Both the position numbers and the translations under genes were made by a program. The notes under the pieces are model-generated. The model worked only from the letters and a program-made list of their open reading frames with translations, searched no databases and had not been told where the DNA came from. DNA of 64,000 nucleotides from Candidatus Gastranaerophilales bacterium. Lineage in GTDB: Bacteria > Cyanobacteriota > Vampirovibrionia > Gastranaerophilales > Gastranaerophilaceae. Positions 9,565 through 17,725 of this stretch are shown here, piece by piece; position 1 is the stretch's first letter; every line of letters starts with the position of its first letter. The stretch lies in contig CANQJT010000006.1 of the NCBI GenBank assembly GCA_947624325.1, positions 34,147 through 98,146 of the forward strand, in the 5' to 3' direction.

Positions 9565-10775
9565 AGAAATTTTTTTACAAAATTAATTTCTTCTTCCTTG
9601 GAATTTAATTTCCCGTTTAGCTTTTCTTTCAAGATACTTTCAAATAATTTATTAAAATACGGTGAAGGAATAAAACCTATTTCTTTTAAATCATCACCCG
9701 TTATAAGCACTTCAATATCTTTTAATGCTTTAAGAAATTTAATAACGGCAGGATTTCCCGAAATAACATAATACGAAGCAATGGAAAGATTATTTAACTT
9801 ATTAAACATTTTATAAATCTGAAAATTATCTTTTACTTTAGCATCCTTATTTAAAAGTTCCCGTACTTCCGTTATTACTTTTCTTTCAGATGATGTAATA
9901 TTTAATCTTTTTATTGCATAATCAGAATTGACAATAAGTGCAGTTATATAAATAAACCATATTTCATTTTCATTAAATAAATCAAACTCTTTTAATGAAA
10001 AAAGTCGTTCCTCTTTAAAATTTAAAATAGGTTTATCGGAAATTAATTTGTAAGCTTTTGTGCTTATAATTAAATCATATAAATTCTCTTTTTTAATATT
10101 GAAATATTGATGTAATTCATTCTTTATCCGTTCTAAAGGCATTTTATCATTTATATTATTAAGATATTCTTTCATTAGATTTTCAGTATTTTGTTCAAGT
10201 TCAAAATTAAATCTGACCTTAAATTTTAAAGCCCTAATTATTCTTGAAGGGTCATCAATGAAACTTTTATCATGAAGAATTCTTATTTTTTTATTTAATA
10301 TATCCTGATACCCGCCGCAATAATCTATAAGTGAAAATTTATTATCACCCGTCAATTTTAGAGCAAGTGTATTTATTGTAAAATCTCGTCTTTTAACATC
10401 ATTTTCAAGCGAACAGCCGAAATTATACCCCTGCGGTAAAACTCCCGAATTAATGTATTTTTCTTCCCTTGTAGATGCAAAATCAATAATACTTCCGTTA
10501 GAAAATTGAACTTTTGCGGTCTTTAATTTTTCTTGAATATTTATAATTTTACAATTATAATCTCTCTCAAGAATTACACTGAAATCAACTGCATTACCTT
10601 CCACCGCAATATCAATATCTTTAATTTTATTCTCTAAAATTAAATCTCTTACAACTCCGCCGATAAGAAAAATTTTAAAGTCTGATTTTTCGGCTGCATT
10701 GACGGCAGTCTCAACAGCTAATTTATAATTTTCATTTGCAGATAAATTAAATTCATTACCTAAAAAAACAACCAT
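9552..10775 (-). CDS. cca: tRNA nucleotidyltransferase (CCA-adding) / poly(A) polymerase family
   Basis: GGVVRDLIL..DIDIAVEG and RRDFTINTLA head-domain motifs. Confidence 0.7.
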   Translation of the reverse strand: MVVFLGNEFNLSANENYKLAVETAVNAAEKSDFKIFLIGGVVRDLILENKIKDIDIAVEGNAVDFSVILERDYNCKIINIQEKLKTAKVQFSNGSIIDFASTREEKYINSGVLPQGYNFGCSLENDVKRRDFTINTLALKLTGDNKFSLIDYCGGYQDILNKKIRILHDKSFIDDPSRIIRALKFKVRFNFELEQNTENLMKEYLNNINDKMPLERIKNELHQYFNIKKENLYDLIISTKAYKLISDKPILNFKEERLFSLKEFDLFNENEIWFIYITALIVNSDYAIKRLNITSSERKVITEVRELLNKDAKVKDNFQIYKMFNKLNNLSIASYYVISGNPAVIKFLKALKDIEVLITGDDLKEIGFIPSPYFNKLFESILKEKLNGKLNSKEEEINFVKKFLKKD

Positions 10776-10943
10776 ACTACCTCAAAAGCCAAACTATATT
10801 TTATCATTTAGCCTTTAATTTGTAAATTGTCCGAGAAAATTTCGCAATAAGGAACATGAGCGAAATTTTTGAGTGGCATTTATAAAAGGTAAGCAACTTT
10901 ACGGTTGCGATGAGCAAGCGGAAGGTTGCGACACTAGATTAAA

Positions 10944-12596
10944 TTATTTAAGGAATTCCGAAAATACCAAACTGTCTTTTTTATAATTGTAATTACCTAT
11001 TGTACTTCCGGAAGTATTAATTTGCTTATTCATGTTTTGTTTGGCATTTCTTCTTTTTTCAAGGGTCTTTGTAATACCTATATTTAGTTTAGCAATACCT
11101 ATACCTAAAACAAGACCTGAATATAAATAACCTGCGACTTGTGCAATTCCTGCTTTTCTTACTAAAGATTTAACTGCAGGTTCGGCATTTTTGTATAATT
11201 CTTTAAACGGAATAGCCTTACCGTCTTTAATAATTTCTTTTGCATTCGGAAGAAGTATTTCATCAAAAGATTTAACGGATGCTTTAGTCAGCCAATTCCA
11301 AGCATATTTTATACCTTTTTTAGCACCGTCTTGAACAACAGGGTTATTAATTATTTCTTTACCGCCCAAACCTCTTGCAGCAAGTTTTGAAATAACTCCG
11401 CCCAATATCAGCCAGTTTGTAAAGCCTAATGTATCTTTAATAAAAGATTCTCTAAGTTCATTGCTGTCCCTTGATGCTAAAAATCTTGAACCTATTGTAA
11501 GTCCGTATAAAAATTTAAATTGGTTTAATGTAGGAATCATGCTGTTAAATTGAACATTAGCAGGAAGTTCGGATAATTTTCCTCCTATACTTGATATAGC
11601 AGCGATAGGAAATCCTATTCCTAATATGGTTTTTAAAGTTTTAAATGCCTTTGAATTACTTGCCTTTTTATCCTTAACTCCTACAAAACCGTCTTGTCCC
11701 GTACGTTTTTTAGTTAAATATCTGTTTAGAGGCTGTACTGACATACATAAAGCAGCACAAATTCCCAGCCCTAATGCAGTGCTGAGATTTTTATTATGCG
11801 ACAATTTTTTTGCAAATTCCGGTATCTTATCTATTGATTTTGTTTTAAATGCATTAGATAAAACTACCGCATTATCAACTAATTCTGTTAAATTTGAAGT
11901 AATTACATTTTTAGTATCACCTGCTGAATTTTTTATTACATTTAAATTAAATGTTGTTTGTGCACCCGTGTCTTTAACAATATTATTTATAATAACAGAT
12001 TTAAGCCTATTAACCTCTTTAGCCATATATTTTCTATCCGAACCTTTAAGTTTGGATAATACAGCAGATTTATTAGCTAATTCAACAAGCTTTTCGGTTA
12101 TTTCGGAACTTACATTTTCAGAAATCCCTTTAAATTCCGTACCGTTTAATCCTTTAATATTCTTTAAAAATTCAGCAAAAAATTTATCTGCTTGCCCTTG
12201 GCTGTTCTGCCAAATGTCAGATAAATTCATTATTGTTTTATTATTAGCAAAGATTTTTTGTGCAGTTACACCGTTAACTTTATTGAAATTTTTTGAAATA
12301 AGAGTACTTGCACCAAAACCTATTAATCCGACACAAGCATGTATAAAACAACTTATCCCTTCACGAAACATTGCTTCAATACCTGCCTGCTTACCTCTGT
12401 TTTTCATTTCAATAGCTGTTCTTGGAATAACCATAGAAAATAAATCAACTCCGCAAGCACCAAGTGCTGGTTTTTGATTTATTCCGCGCAAAACACCAAG
12501 CACACCTGTTAAAACAGGTCCCTTAAACGATTGGTTTTTATTTTTCCCTTTTATATTTACTGAATTACTGCTCGGCTGTGTTATTCTATCTATCAT
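10944..12596 (-). CDS. hypothetical multi-pass membrane protein
   Basis: 550 aa ORF with several hydrophobic segments (GLIGFGASTLI, LGLGICAALCMSV, ILGIGFPIAAI, VAGYLYSGLVLGIGIA) around a roughly 170 aa polar central region. No motif I recognise. Confidence 0.6.
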   Translation of the reverse strand: MIDRITQPSSNSVNIKGKNKNQSFKGPVLTGVLGVLRGINQKPALGACGVDLFSMVIPRTAIEMKNRGKQAGIEAMFREGISCFIHACVGLIGFGASTLISKNFNKVNGVTAQKIFANNKTIMNLSDIWQNSQGQADKFFAEFLKNIKGLNGTEFKGISENVSSEITEKLVELANKSAVLSKLKGSDRKYMAKEVNRLKSVIINNIVKDTGAQTTFNLNVIKNSAGDTKNVITSNLTELVDNAVVLSNAFKTKSIDKIPEFAKKLSHNKNLSTALGLGICAALCMSVQPLNRYLTKKRTGQDGFVGVKDKKASNSKAFKTLKTILGIGFPIAAISSIGGKLSELPANVQFNSMIPTLNQFKFLYGLTIGSRFLASRDSNELRESFIKDTLGFTNWLILGGVISKLAARGLGGKEIINNPVVQDGAKKGIKYAWNWLTKASVKSFDEILLPNAKEIIKDGKAIPFKELYKNAEPAVKSLVRKAGIAQVAGYLYSGLVLGIGIAKLNIGITKTLEKRRNAKQNMNKQINTSGSTIGNYNYKKDSLVFSEFLK

Positions 12597-12805
12597 ATTT
12601 TTTGTCTTTTCCTTAAATTTTAAGGCATACCAAAAAATTTTTTGCTACTTTTTTTAATTATTTTTACAAATATTTAACCGTAAAATATTTTATCAAATTA
12701 TATTATTTTTGTAACAAATTAAAAAATATTCTTTACAAAAAAATAAAAAAAATTAAAGTTTAATTAAATTATGCCGATAAATAAAATACAATTATATGAG
12801 GTACT

Positions 12806-13066
12806 ATGTCCGAAAATATTATTAAAAAACCATTTGGATTAAATGTAGCTATCCCCCAAAAGACAGTACAAGAAATCCAAAAAATAGCTAAACAAGAACT
12901 GGAAGAAATTACAGTTAATCCTTTTATAAATTATTTTGAGGAAAACGATAAAGTATTTTCGGGTAAAGTTGCTGACGAAATTGATAAATACCGAGCTCAA
13001 ATGTATTCGGTAAACCAATTAATGAATAAACATCAACCTCGGTCAACATTTAATATTAACATATAG
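12806..13066 (+). CDS. hypothetical small protein
   Basis: 86 aa ORF with GAGG 6 nt upstream of the ATG and its own terminator. No recognisable motif. Confidence 0.45.
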   Translation: MSENIIKKPFGLNVAIPQKTVQEIQKIAKQELEEITVNPFINYFEENDKVFSGKVADEIDKYRAQMYSVNQLMNKHQPRSTFNINI

Positions 13067-13088
13067 ATTAACCAAATTAACTTAAGCA

Positions 13089-13112
13089 TTCCGATAACAT
13101 TATCGGAATTTT
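13089..13112 (+). terminator. terminator of the 12806..13066 ORF
   Basis: TTCCGATAA-CA-TTATCGGAA palindrome followed by TTTT. Confidence 0.6.
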
Positions 13113-13480
13113 GGTGCAGTGCACCTTCAAACTTGGTCTAACTTATTATATTTGAGCCAAACTTGAGGCAAAGCCTCTTTAAAATTAGACTATTCTATTT
13201 ATATTTGAACTCAACTTTAAACCGGCTATGCCGGGGTGCAGCGGCACCTTTATAGTTGGTCTAACTTATTATATTTGAGCCAAACTTGAGGCAAAGCCTC
13301 TTTAAAACTAGACTATACTATTTATATTTGAACTCAACTTTAAACCGGCTATGCCGGGGTGCAGCGGCACCTTTATAGTTAGTCTAACTTATTATATTTG
13401 AGCCAAACTTGAGGCAAAGCCTCTTTAAAACTAGACTATACTATTTATATTTGAACTCAACTTTAAACCGGCTATGCCGG
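13113..13480. repeat. hairpin-linker repeat array, locus B: three tandem 122-123 nt units
   Basis: Units at 13113-13234, 13235-13357 and 13358-13480. Units 2 and 3 differ at one base. Each is GGTGC..GCACC + linker + GAGGC-AAA-GCCTC + linker + CCGGC-TAT-GCCGG. Confidence 0.95.
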
Positions 13481-13542
13481 TCAGGTTGTTGCTCACTCGG
13501 GCTCGTTCGCTATCGCTCAACTCCGCCCTGCGCAAAAACCAT
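13481..13542. repeat. tail module of repeat locus B
   Basis: GTTGTTGCTCACTCGGGCTCGTTCGCTATCGCTC is homologous to 54249-54274 and to the reverse complement of 17509-17530. Confidence 0.7.
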
Positions 13543-13566
13543 AAAAAAAAGGTCGCATCAGCGACC
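13543..13566 (-). terminator. Rho-independent terminator-like hairpin (minus-strand sense) abutting repeat locus B
   Basis: The minus strand reads GGTCGC-TGAT-GCGACC followed by T8. It is the second terminator downstream of rplT. Confidence 0.55.
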
Positions 13567-13691
13567 ACAGTCTTGTTATGGAGAAAAGGAGTGAAGGAAA
13601 ATAAGTAATAAAGAAATTGACTATATTATATTAATTCCCAAAATAAAGTATATATAACATATATACTTTTTATATATTAATATATCTTTAC

Positions 13692-13718
13692 AAAAAAAGA
13701 ACCGTCCAAAACGGTTCT
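13692..13718 (-). terminator. infC-rpmI-rplT operon terminator
   Basis: The minus strand reads GAACCGT-TTTGG-ACGGTTC followed by T7, 25 nt after the rplT stop. Confidence 0.75.
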
Positions 13719-13743
13719 TAATCTTAGTTTTAATACTTTTAAA

Positions 13744-14094
13744 CTATTTAGAAGATTTTGCTGTATCAACAATTATAGAAAATGCATCCGGCTCGTTTAC
13801 AGCTAAATCTGCTAGCATTTTTCTGTTAATTGAAACATTTGATGTTTTTAACGCATTTATAAATCTTGAATAGCTTATACCATGTTGTCTTACTGCTGCA
13901 TTAATTCTTACAATCCACAAACGACGCATATTTCTTTTTAAATGACGTCTGTCTCTGTATTGATATTTAAGTTTTTTCATTACTGCAGTATTAGCAACTT
14001 TAAATATTCTGCTTCTTGCACCTTTAAAACTCTTTGCTAACTTTAATATTTTCTTATGTCTTTTTCTAAGGACATTTCCACGTTTTATTCTCAT
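13744..14094 (-). CDS. rplT: 50S ribosomal protein L20
   Basis: [28 protein letters not shown]...[11 protein letters not shown] is the L20 signature. Confidence 0.95.
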   Translation of the reverse strand: MRIKRGNVLRKRHKKILKLAKSFKGARSRIFKVANTAVMKKLKYQYRDRRHLKRNMRRLWIVRINAAVRQHGISYSRFINALKTSNVSINRKMLADLAVNEPDAFSIIVDTAKSSK

Positions 14095-14126
14095 TTTTTA
14101 ATTTCCTTTCTTCTTCTTAAATAACA

Positions 14127-14333
14127 TTAATTACACTTCGCATAAGGAAGTTCTTTTAAAACAAGTTTCTTATGTGTAGCAGAAACTTCAATCATAGAAG
14201 AAAGTTTTCTTTTTCTTGAAGCACTTTTGTGTTGAAGCAAGTGTCCTTTGCCTGCTTTTCTTCTTAAGATTTTTCCGCCAGCGGTAATTTTATATCTTTT
14301 TGCACCGCTGCGGTGTGTTTTCATTTTAGGCAT
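14127..14333 (-). CDS. rpmI: 50S ribosomal protein L35
   Basis: MPKMKTHRSGAKRYKITAGGKILRRKAGKGHLL is the L35 signature. Confidence 0.95.
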   Translation of the reverse strand: MPKMKTHRSGAKRYKITAGGKILRRKAGKGHLLQHKSASRKRKLSSMIEVSATHKKLVLKELPYAKCN

Positions 14334-14451
14334 AGTTTTTCTCCTTTTTTATTGACTTATAAAACGGTTAATTATGCGACATGCCTCCGCATTCTTAAAC
14401 CTTGTATATCTATTTTAAAATAAACAAAATTGTATGCAAGTAAATATTTAA

Positions 14452-14970
14452 TTATGGAGCTAAAATAGTAACAATATTTCTGCCATCCATAGCAGGTTTG
14501 CGTTCAATTGTCATTTTTTCACCTTCAAGATCGGTCAAAAATCTGTTGGCAAGGTCATATGCCAAATGATTATGCTGCATCTCTCGGCCTCTTAACATTA
14601 CTACAATTTTTACTTTATTTCCGTTAGCAAGGAATTTCTTTATACTGTTAATTTTAACATTATAATCATGAACATCTATTTTATATCTGACTTTTACTTC
14701 TTTTACATCAACAACATGTTGTTTTTTTCTTGATTCTTTAGCTCTTTTTTCGATTTCGTATTTATATTTACCGTAATCTAAAATTTTAGCAACCGGAGGT
14801 TCTTGGTTAGGCGAAACTATAACTAAATCCAACCCTTTATCTTCTGCCATTATCAGGGCTTTTGTTGTTGCTACTACCCCGTAATTATTTCCTTCATCAT
14901 CTATTAATCTTACTTCTTTTGCTCTAATATTACCGTTTAAAAGTGAATTGGGCTGGTTATCTCTACTAAT
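14452..14970 (-). CDS. infC: translation initiation factor IF-3, ATT start codon
   Basis: The ORF track starts at an internal Met (14850). The frame stays open upstream to ATT at 14968-14970 (ISRDNQPNSLLNGNIRAKEVRLIDDEGNNYGVV...), with GGAGGA 8 nt upstream, an in-frame TAG at 14983-14985 and no ATG/GTG/TTG in between. Confidence 0.85.
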   Translation of the reverse strand: MSRDNQPNSLLNGNIRAKEVRLIDDEGNNYGVVATTKALIMAEDKGLDLVIVSPNQEPPVAKILDYGKYKYEIEKRAKESRKKQHVVDVKEVKVRYKIDVHDYNVKINSIKKFLANGNKVKIVVMLRGREMQHNHLAYDLANRFLTDLEGEKMTIERKPAMDGRNIVTILAP

Positions 14971-15031
14971 TGTCTTATCCTCCTATTTTCTGTCAGAAAC
15001 ATTGTATCAAATATAATTTAACTTTGCAAAT

Positions 15032-15062
15032 AAAAAGCATACAGCAATGCTGTATGCTTTTT
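15032..15062 (-). terminator. terminator of the LysM gene (bidirectional shape), upstream of infC
   Basis: AGCATACAGC-AAT-GCTGTATGCT flanked by A5 and T4. Confidence 0.7.
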
Positions 15063-15078
15063 ACAATTTCTTTTTTTA

Positions 15079-15927
15079 TTATGCATAAAATGAATTATAC
15101 CAATCACTTTTCATTGAATTTAAAGTTGAATTATTTGTAATGGATGATATTGCCTGATAATTTCCATAATCTAATTTTGCATCCAATAAAGCAGAAAAAT
15201 CAACATTTCCTGTTCCCAACTGATTAATATATTCATCCAAGTTCAAATCAGCCATATATAAGAAAGATGCAAATTCACCGGCATTTATATAATCAGCATT
15301 TTCATCAAGATTTAAATTAGCAAACAAATCATCATATAATGCATTAAATTGTGTTTCCGGTTCTTTCGGAATTTCTTCTCCGCCCGATGCCATTTTGATA
15401 AATTCCGATTTATTCATAACTTTATCATTATCTTCATCGTATTTATCCAAATATTCTTGTGCAAAGTTTTTTAAATCTTTTGAATATGTTTTAGCATTAA
15501 AATCAAACATTTCAAACTCATCTACAGGTTTTTCCTCTATGAATTTTTCGTAATTTTCTTCACTGTTAGTCCATTCATCAAATTCATCAATTTTAGATTT
15601 TTCGGGTTCTTCTTTTTCTGCTTGTGCTAGTTCCTCATACAAATCAGGAAGAATTATACTGTTACCGCTATAGATTATACTGGGGTTTTCTATATCATTT
15701 TCTTCAACAACTCGATTTACCATATCCTGTATATCTTTGTTAGAGGTTAATCCGTATTGCTCCTTAACAATATTCCACAAGCAATCACCCTTTTGTATTT
15801 CATATGATTTAGGTTCAGCTTTTGTGAAAACAGATTCTGAATCATTATTAGTTTTCGGTTTATAATCATCTTTAGATTGAGATAAACCATCAATATACTT
15901 CAAATCACTTTGTAGTCTTAAACTCAT
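15079..15927 (-). CDS. LysM-domain protein with EF-hand-like calcium loops
   Basis: LysM: YEIQKGDCLWNIVKEQYGL...IYSGNSIILP. EF-hand loop DEDNDKVMNKSE (DxDxDxxxxxxE) and a weaker loop DENADYINAGEF. Confidence 0.65.
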   Translation of the reverse strand: MSLRLQSDLKYIDGLSQSKDDYKPKTNNDSESVFTKAEPKSYEIQKGDCLWNIVKEQYGLTSNKDIQDMVNRVVEENDIENPSIIYSGNSIILPDLYEELAQAEKEEPEKSKIDEFDEWTNSEENYEKFIEEKPVDEFEMFDFNAKTYSKDLKNFAQEYLDKYDEDNDKVMNKSEFIKMASGGEEIPKEPETQFNALYDDLFANLNLDENADYINAGEFASFLYMADLNLDEYINQLGTGNVDFSALLDAKLDYGNYQAISSITNNSTLNSMKSDWYNSFYA

Positions 15928-16130
15928 AATAACCTCATATTCTTTTACATTCGTATAGTAATTGTATATATACAGTATATAAAAATTTTTTTAGTAAAAA
16001 ATTGCTTAAAAAAATATCTAAATTAATTTATTATGGAAATAAATAGGATTTAATTGTTAACAAAAGTTAACAATTAAAAAATTTACAAAAAAAAGTATTG
16101 ATTATAATTATTTTTTATATAAAATAATTA

Positions 16131-16360
16131 AGAAGCCGTAGAAAGCCGGGAAGCCAGAGGGGCAAAAAACCAAGGGGCCAAAAGAAGGACCAAAAGAAGG
16201 GTAAATGCGAAGGGGCAAATGCAACTGAGGTGAAAGTGACTGAGGCGAAAGCGAACGAGCCAAGTGTAAATGAGGCAAAAGCAAGTAAGCACCCCACCCC
16301 CTTGAGATAATACAAGTAAGCCAAAATCAAAAAAGCTTTTAAAAAACCACCCGACCGAGG
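16131..16360 (+). repeat. purine-rich GC island related to the hairpin-repeat family (locus E), upstream of rplJ
   Basis: About 230 nt of GAAGG/GCGAAAGCG-type purine runs. It shares GCGAACGAGCC (16254-16264) and CACCCGACCGAGG (16348-16360) with loci A-D. Confidence 0.6.
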
Positions 16361-16478
16361 ATTAACATATATTATAAGTCAATTTATGGATTGGTTATTT
16401 ATATTTATTCTTGCAAATTTACGGTTAAACGTAAATTTTTTACGTTATTAAGGTCGATAAAAAAATAAGGAGCAAAAA

Positions 16479-17000
16479 ATGTCAACAAAAGCCTTTAAGC
16501 AAGAAAAAATTGAAGCAATGAAAGAAAATTTTTCAAAGGCTAAGGTTGCCGTTGTTACCGAATATAGAGGCTTTACGGTTGAAGAAATAACAAATCTTCG
16601 CCGCAATCTGCAAAAAGAAAACAGCGACTATATGGTAACAAAAAACACTTTAGCAAAAGTTGCATCAAAAGGAACTCAATTTGAAGTTCTTGCAGACACA
16701 TTAAAGGGCCCTGTTGCTATTGCGTTTGGTTTCCATGATGAAGTTGCACCTGCAAAAATTGTAACTAAATTTATTAAAGAAGTTAAAAAAGGTGAAATAA
16801 TAGGTGCTGCATTAGATGGTAAATTATTAAGCGCAAAAGAAACAGAAGTTCTTGCAAATCTTCCTTCAAAAGAAGAACTTTATGCAAAAATGCTTGGCAG
16901 CATAAATTCACCTGCTACAGGTATTGTCGGTGCTGTTAACGCAGTTATGAGCAGTTTAGTAAGAGCAATGGATCAAGTTGCTAAACAAAAAACTGCATAA
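16479..17000 (+). CDS. rplJ: 50S ribosomal protein L10
   Basis: 173 aa directly upstream of rplL, with [21 protein letters not shown] and GPVAIAF motifs. Confidence 0.93.
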   Translation: MSTKAFKQEKIEAMKENFSKAKVAVVTEYRGFTVEEITNLRRNLQKENSDYMVTKNTLAKVASKGTQFEVLADTLKGPVAIAFGFHDEVAPAKIVTKFIKEVKKGEIIGAALDGKLLSAKETEVLANLPSKEELYAKMLGSINSPATGIVGAVNAVMSSLVRAMDQVAKQKTA

Positions 17001-17062
17001 AATTTCGTAGGACAACTAGTCCGATAAGTATTACAAAAAAAATAAATAAAAGGAGAAATAAA

Positions 17063-17437
17063 ATGAGCGTAGAATCAATTTTAGAATCAATTGAAAAATT
17101 AACATTAATCGAAGCAGCTGAATTAGTTAAAGCAATGGAAGAAAAATTCGGTGTATCAGCAGCAGCTCCCGTAGCAGTTGCAGCAGCTCCGGCAGCTGCA
17201 GGTGCAGCTCCTGCAGCAGAAGAAGCTTCTGAAGTAACAGTTGTATTAGCATCAGCAGGTGCAAACAAAATCGCTGTTCTTAAAGAAGTTAGAGCTATCA
17301 CAGGTCTTGGCTTAAAAGAAGCTAAAGATTTAGTTGACGGCGCACCAAAACCTTTAAAAGAAGGTGTTAAAAAAGAAGATGCTGAAGCTATGAAAAAACA
17401 ACTTGAAGCAGCAGGCGCTACAGTAGAACTTAAATAG
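17063..17437 (+). CDS. rplL: 50S ribosomal protein L7/L12
   Basis: N-terminal dimerisation helix, Ala/Pro hinge ([22 protein letters not shown]) and C-terminal [28 protein letters not shown]. Confidence 0.97.
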   Translation: MSVESILESIEKLTLIEAAELVKAMEEKFGVSAAAPVAVAAAPAAAGAAPAAEEASEVTVVLASAGANKIAVLKEVRAITGLGLKEAKDLVDGAPKPLKEGVKKEDAEAMKKQLEAAGATVELK

Positions 17438-17570
17438 CGCCCGCAGAGCGGGTTTCAAGTTGGGCTCAAATATAATAAGTTAGAGTAACTTTAAAGCTGC
17501 CACTACAGCCGAGCCCGAGGGAGCAGCAACCCGACCGAGCGCAAAAAACCAAGATCCGCAGAGCGGAGTT
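17438..17570. repeat. hairpin-linker repeat, locus C (reverse orientation), between rplL stop and its terminator
   Basis: CCCGC-AGA-GCGGG (17440-17452) + TTTCAAGTTGGGCTCAAATATAATAAGTTAGAG + degenerate hairpin GCTG-CCACTA-CAGC + GAGCCCGAGGGAGCAGCAACCCGACCGAGCGC + TCCGC-AGA-GCGGA (17555-17567). Confidence 0.85.
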
Positions 17571-17583
17571 ATTGTTTGAAAAA

Positions 17584-17610
17584 AGAGATTGCAAATGCAA
17601 TCTCTTTTTT
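17584..17610 (+). terminator. rplJL terminator
   Basis: AGAGATTGCA-AA-TGCAATCTCT followed by T6. Confidence 0.8.
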
Positions 17611-17725
17611 ATTACCGTTAAGACCTAGTCCTTTAAATATTTTCTAATTATTCTTTTAAGTAATATTCAAAATCGTTCCGTTATTTAATACTTAATTCGG
17701 TACTAAGTTATAACGGAGAAGAAAC

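Noticed and set aside
11626-12477. 283 aa + strand ORF antisense to the 550 aa membrane-protein gene
   Set aside because: It lies entirely inside the longer minus-strand ORF, has no start context or terminator of its own, and its composition (F/L/S/I-rich) is typical of a shadow frame. The same reasoning applies to antisense ORFs 223..529, 8213..8395, 9084..9311, 19577..19894, 35438..35722, 36623..36979, 40401..40748, 41034..41508, 42348..42638 and 57977..58327.
13113-13480. Possible CRISPR array (regular spacing of about 60 nt, palindromic units)
   Set aside because: The pattern is the inverse of CRISPR: the long segments between hairpins are conserved rather than unique, whole 123 nt units are duplicated, and no cas genes or leader are present.
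16115-16330. 71 aa minus-strand ORF over the purine-rich island
   Set aside because: The translation is repetitive (FAFASVTFTSVAFA) and simply mirrors the nucleotide repeat. There is no ribosome-binding site, and the frame stays open because the complementary strand lacks stop-forming triplets.
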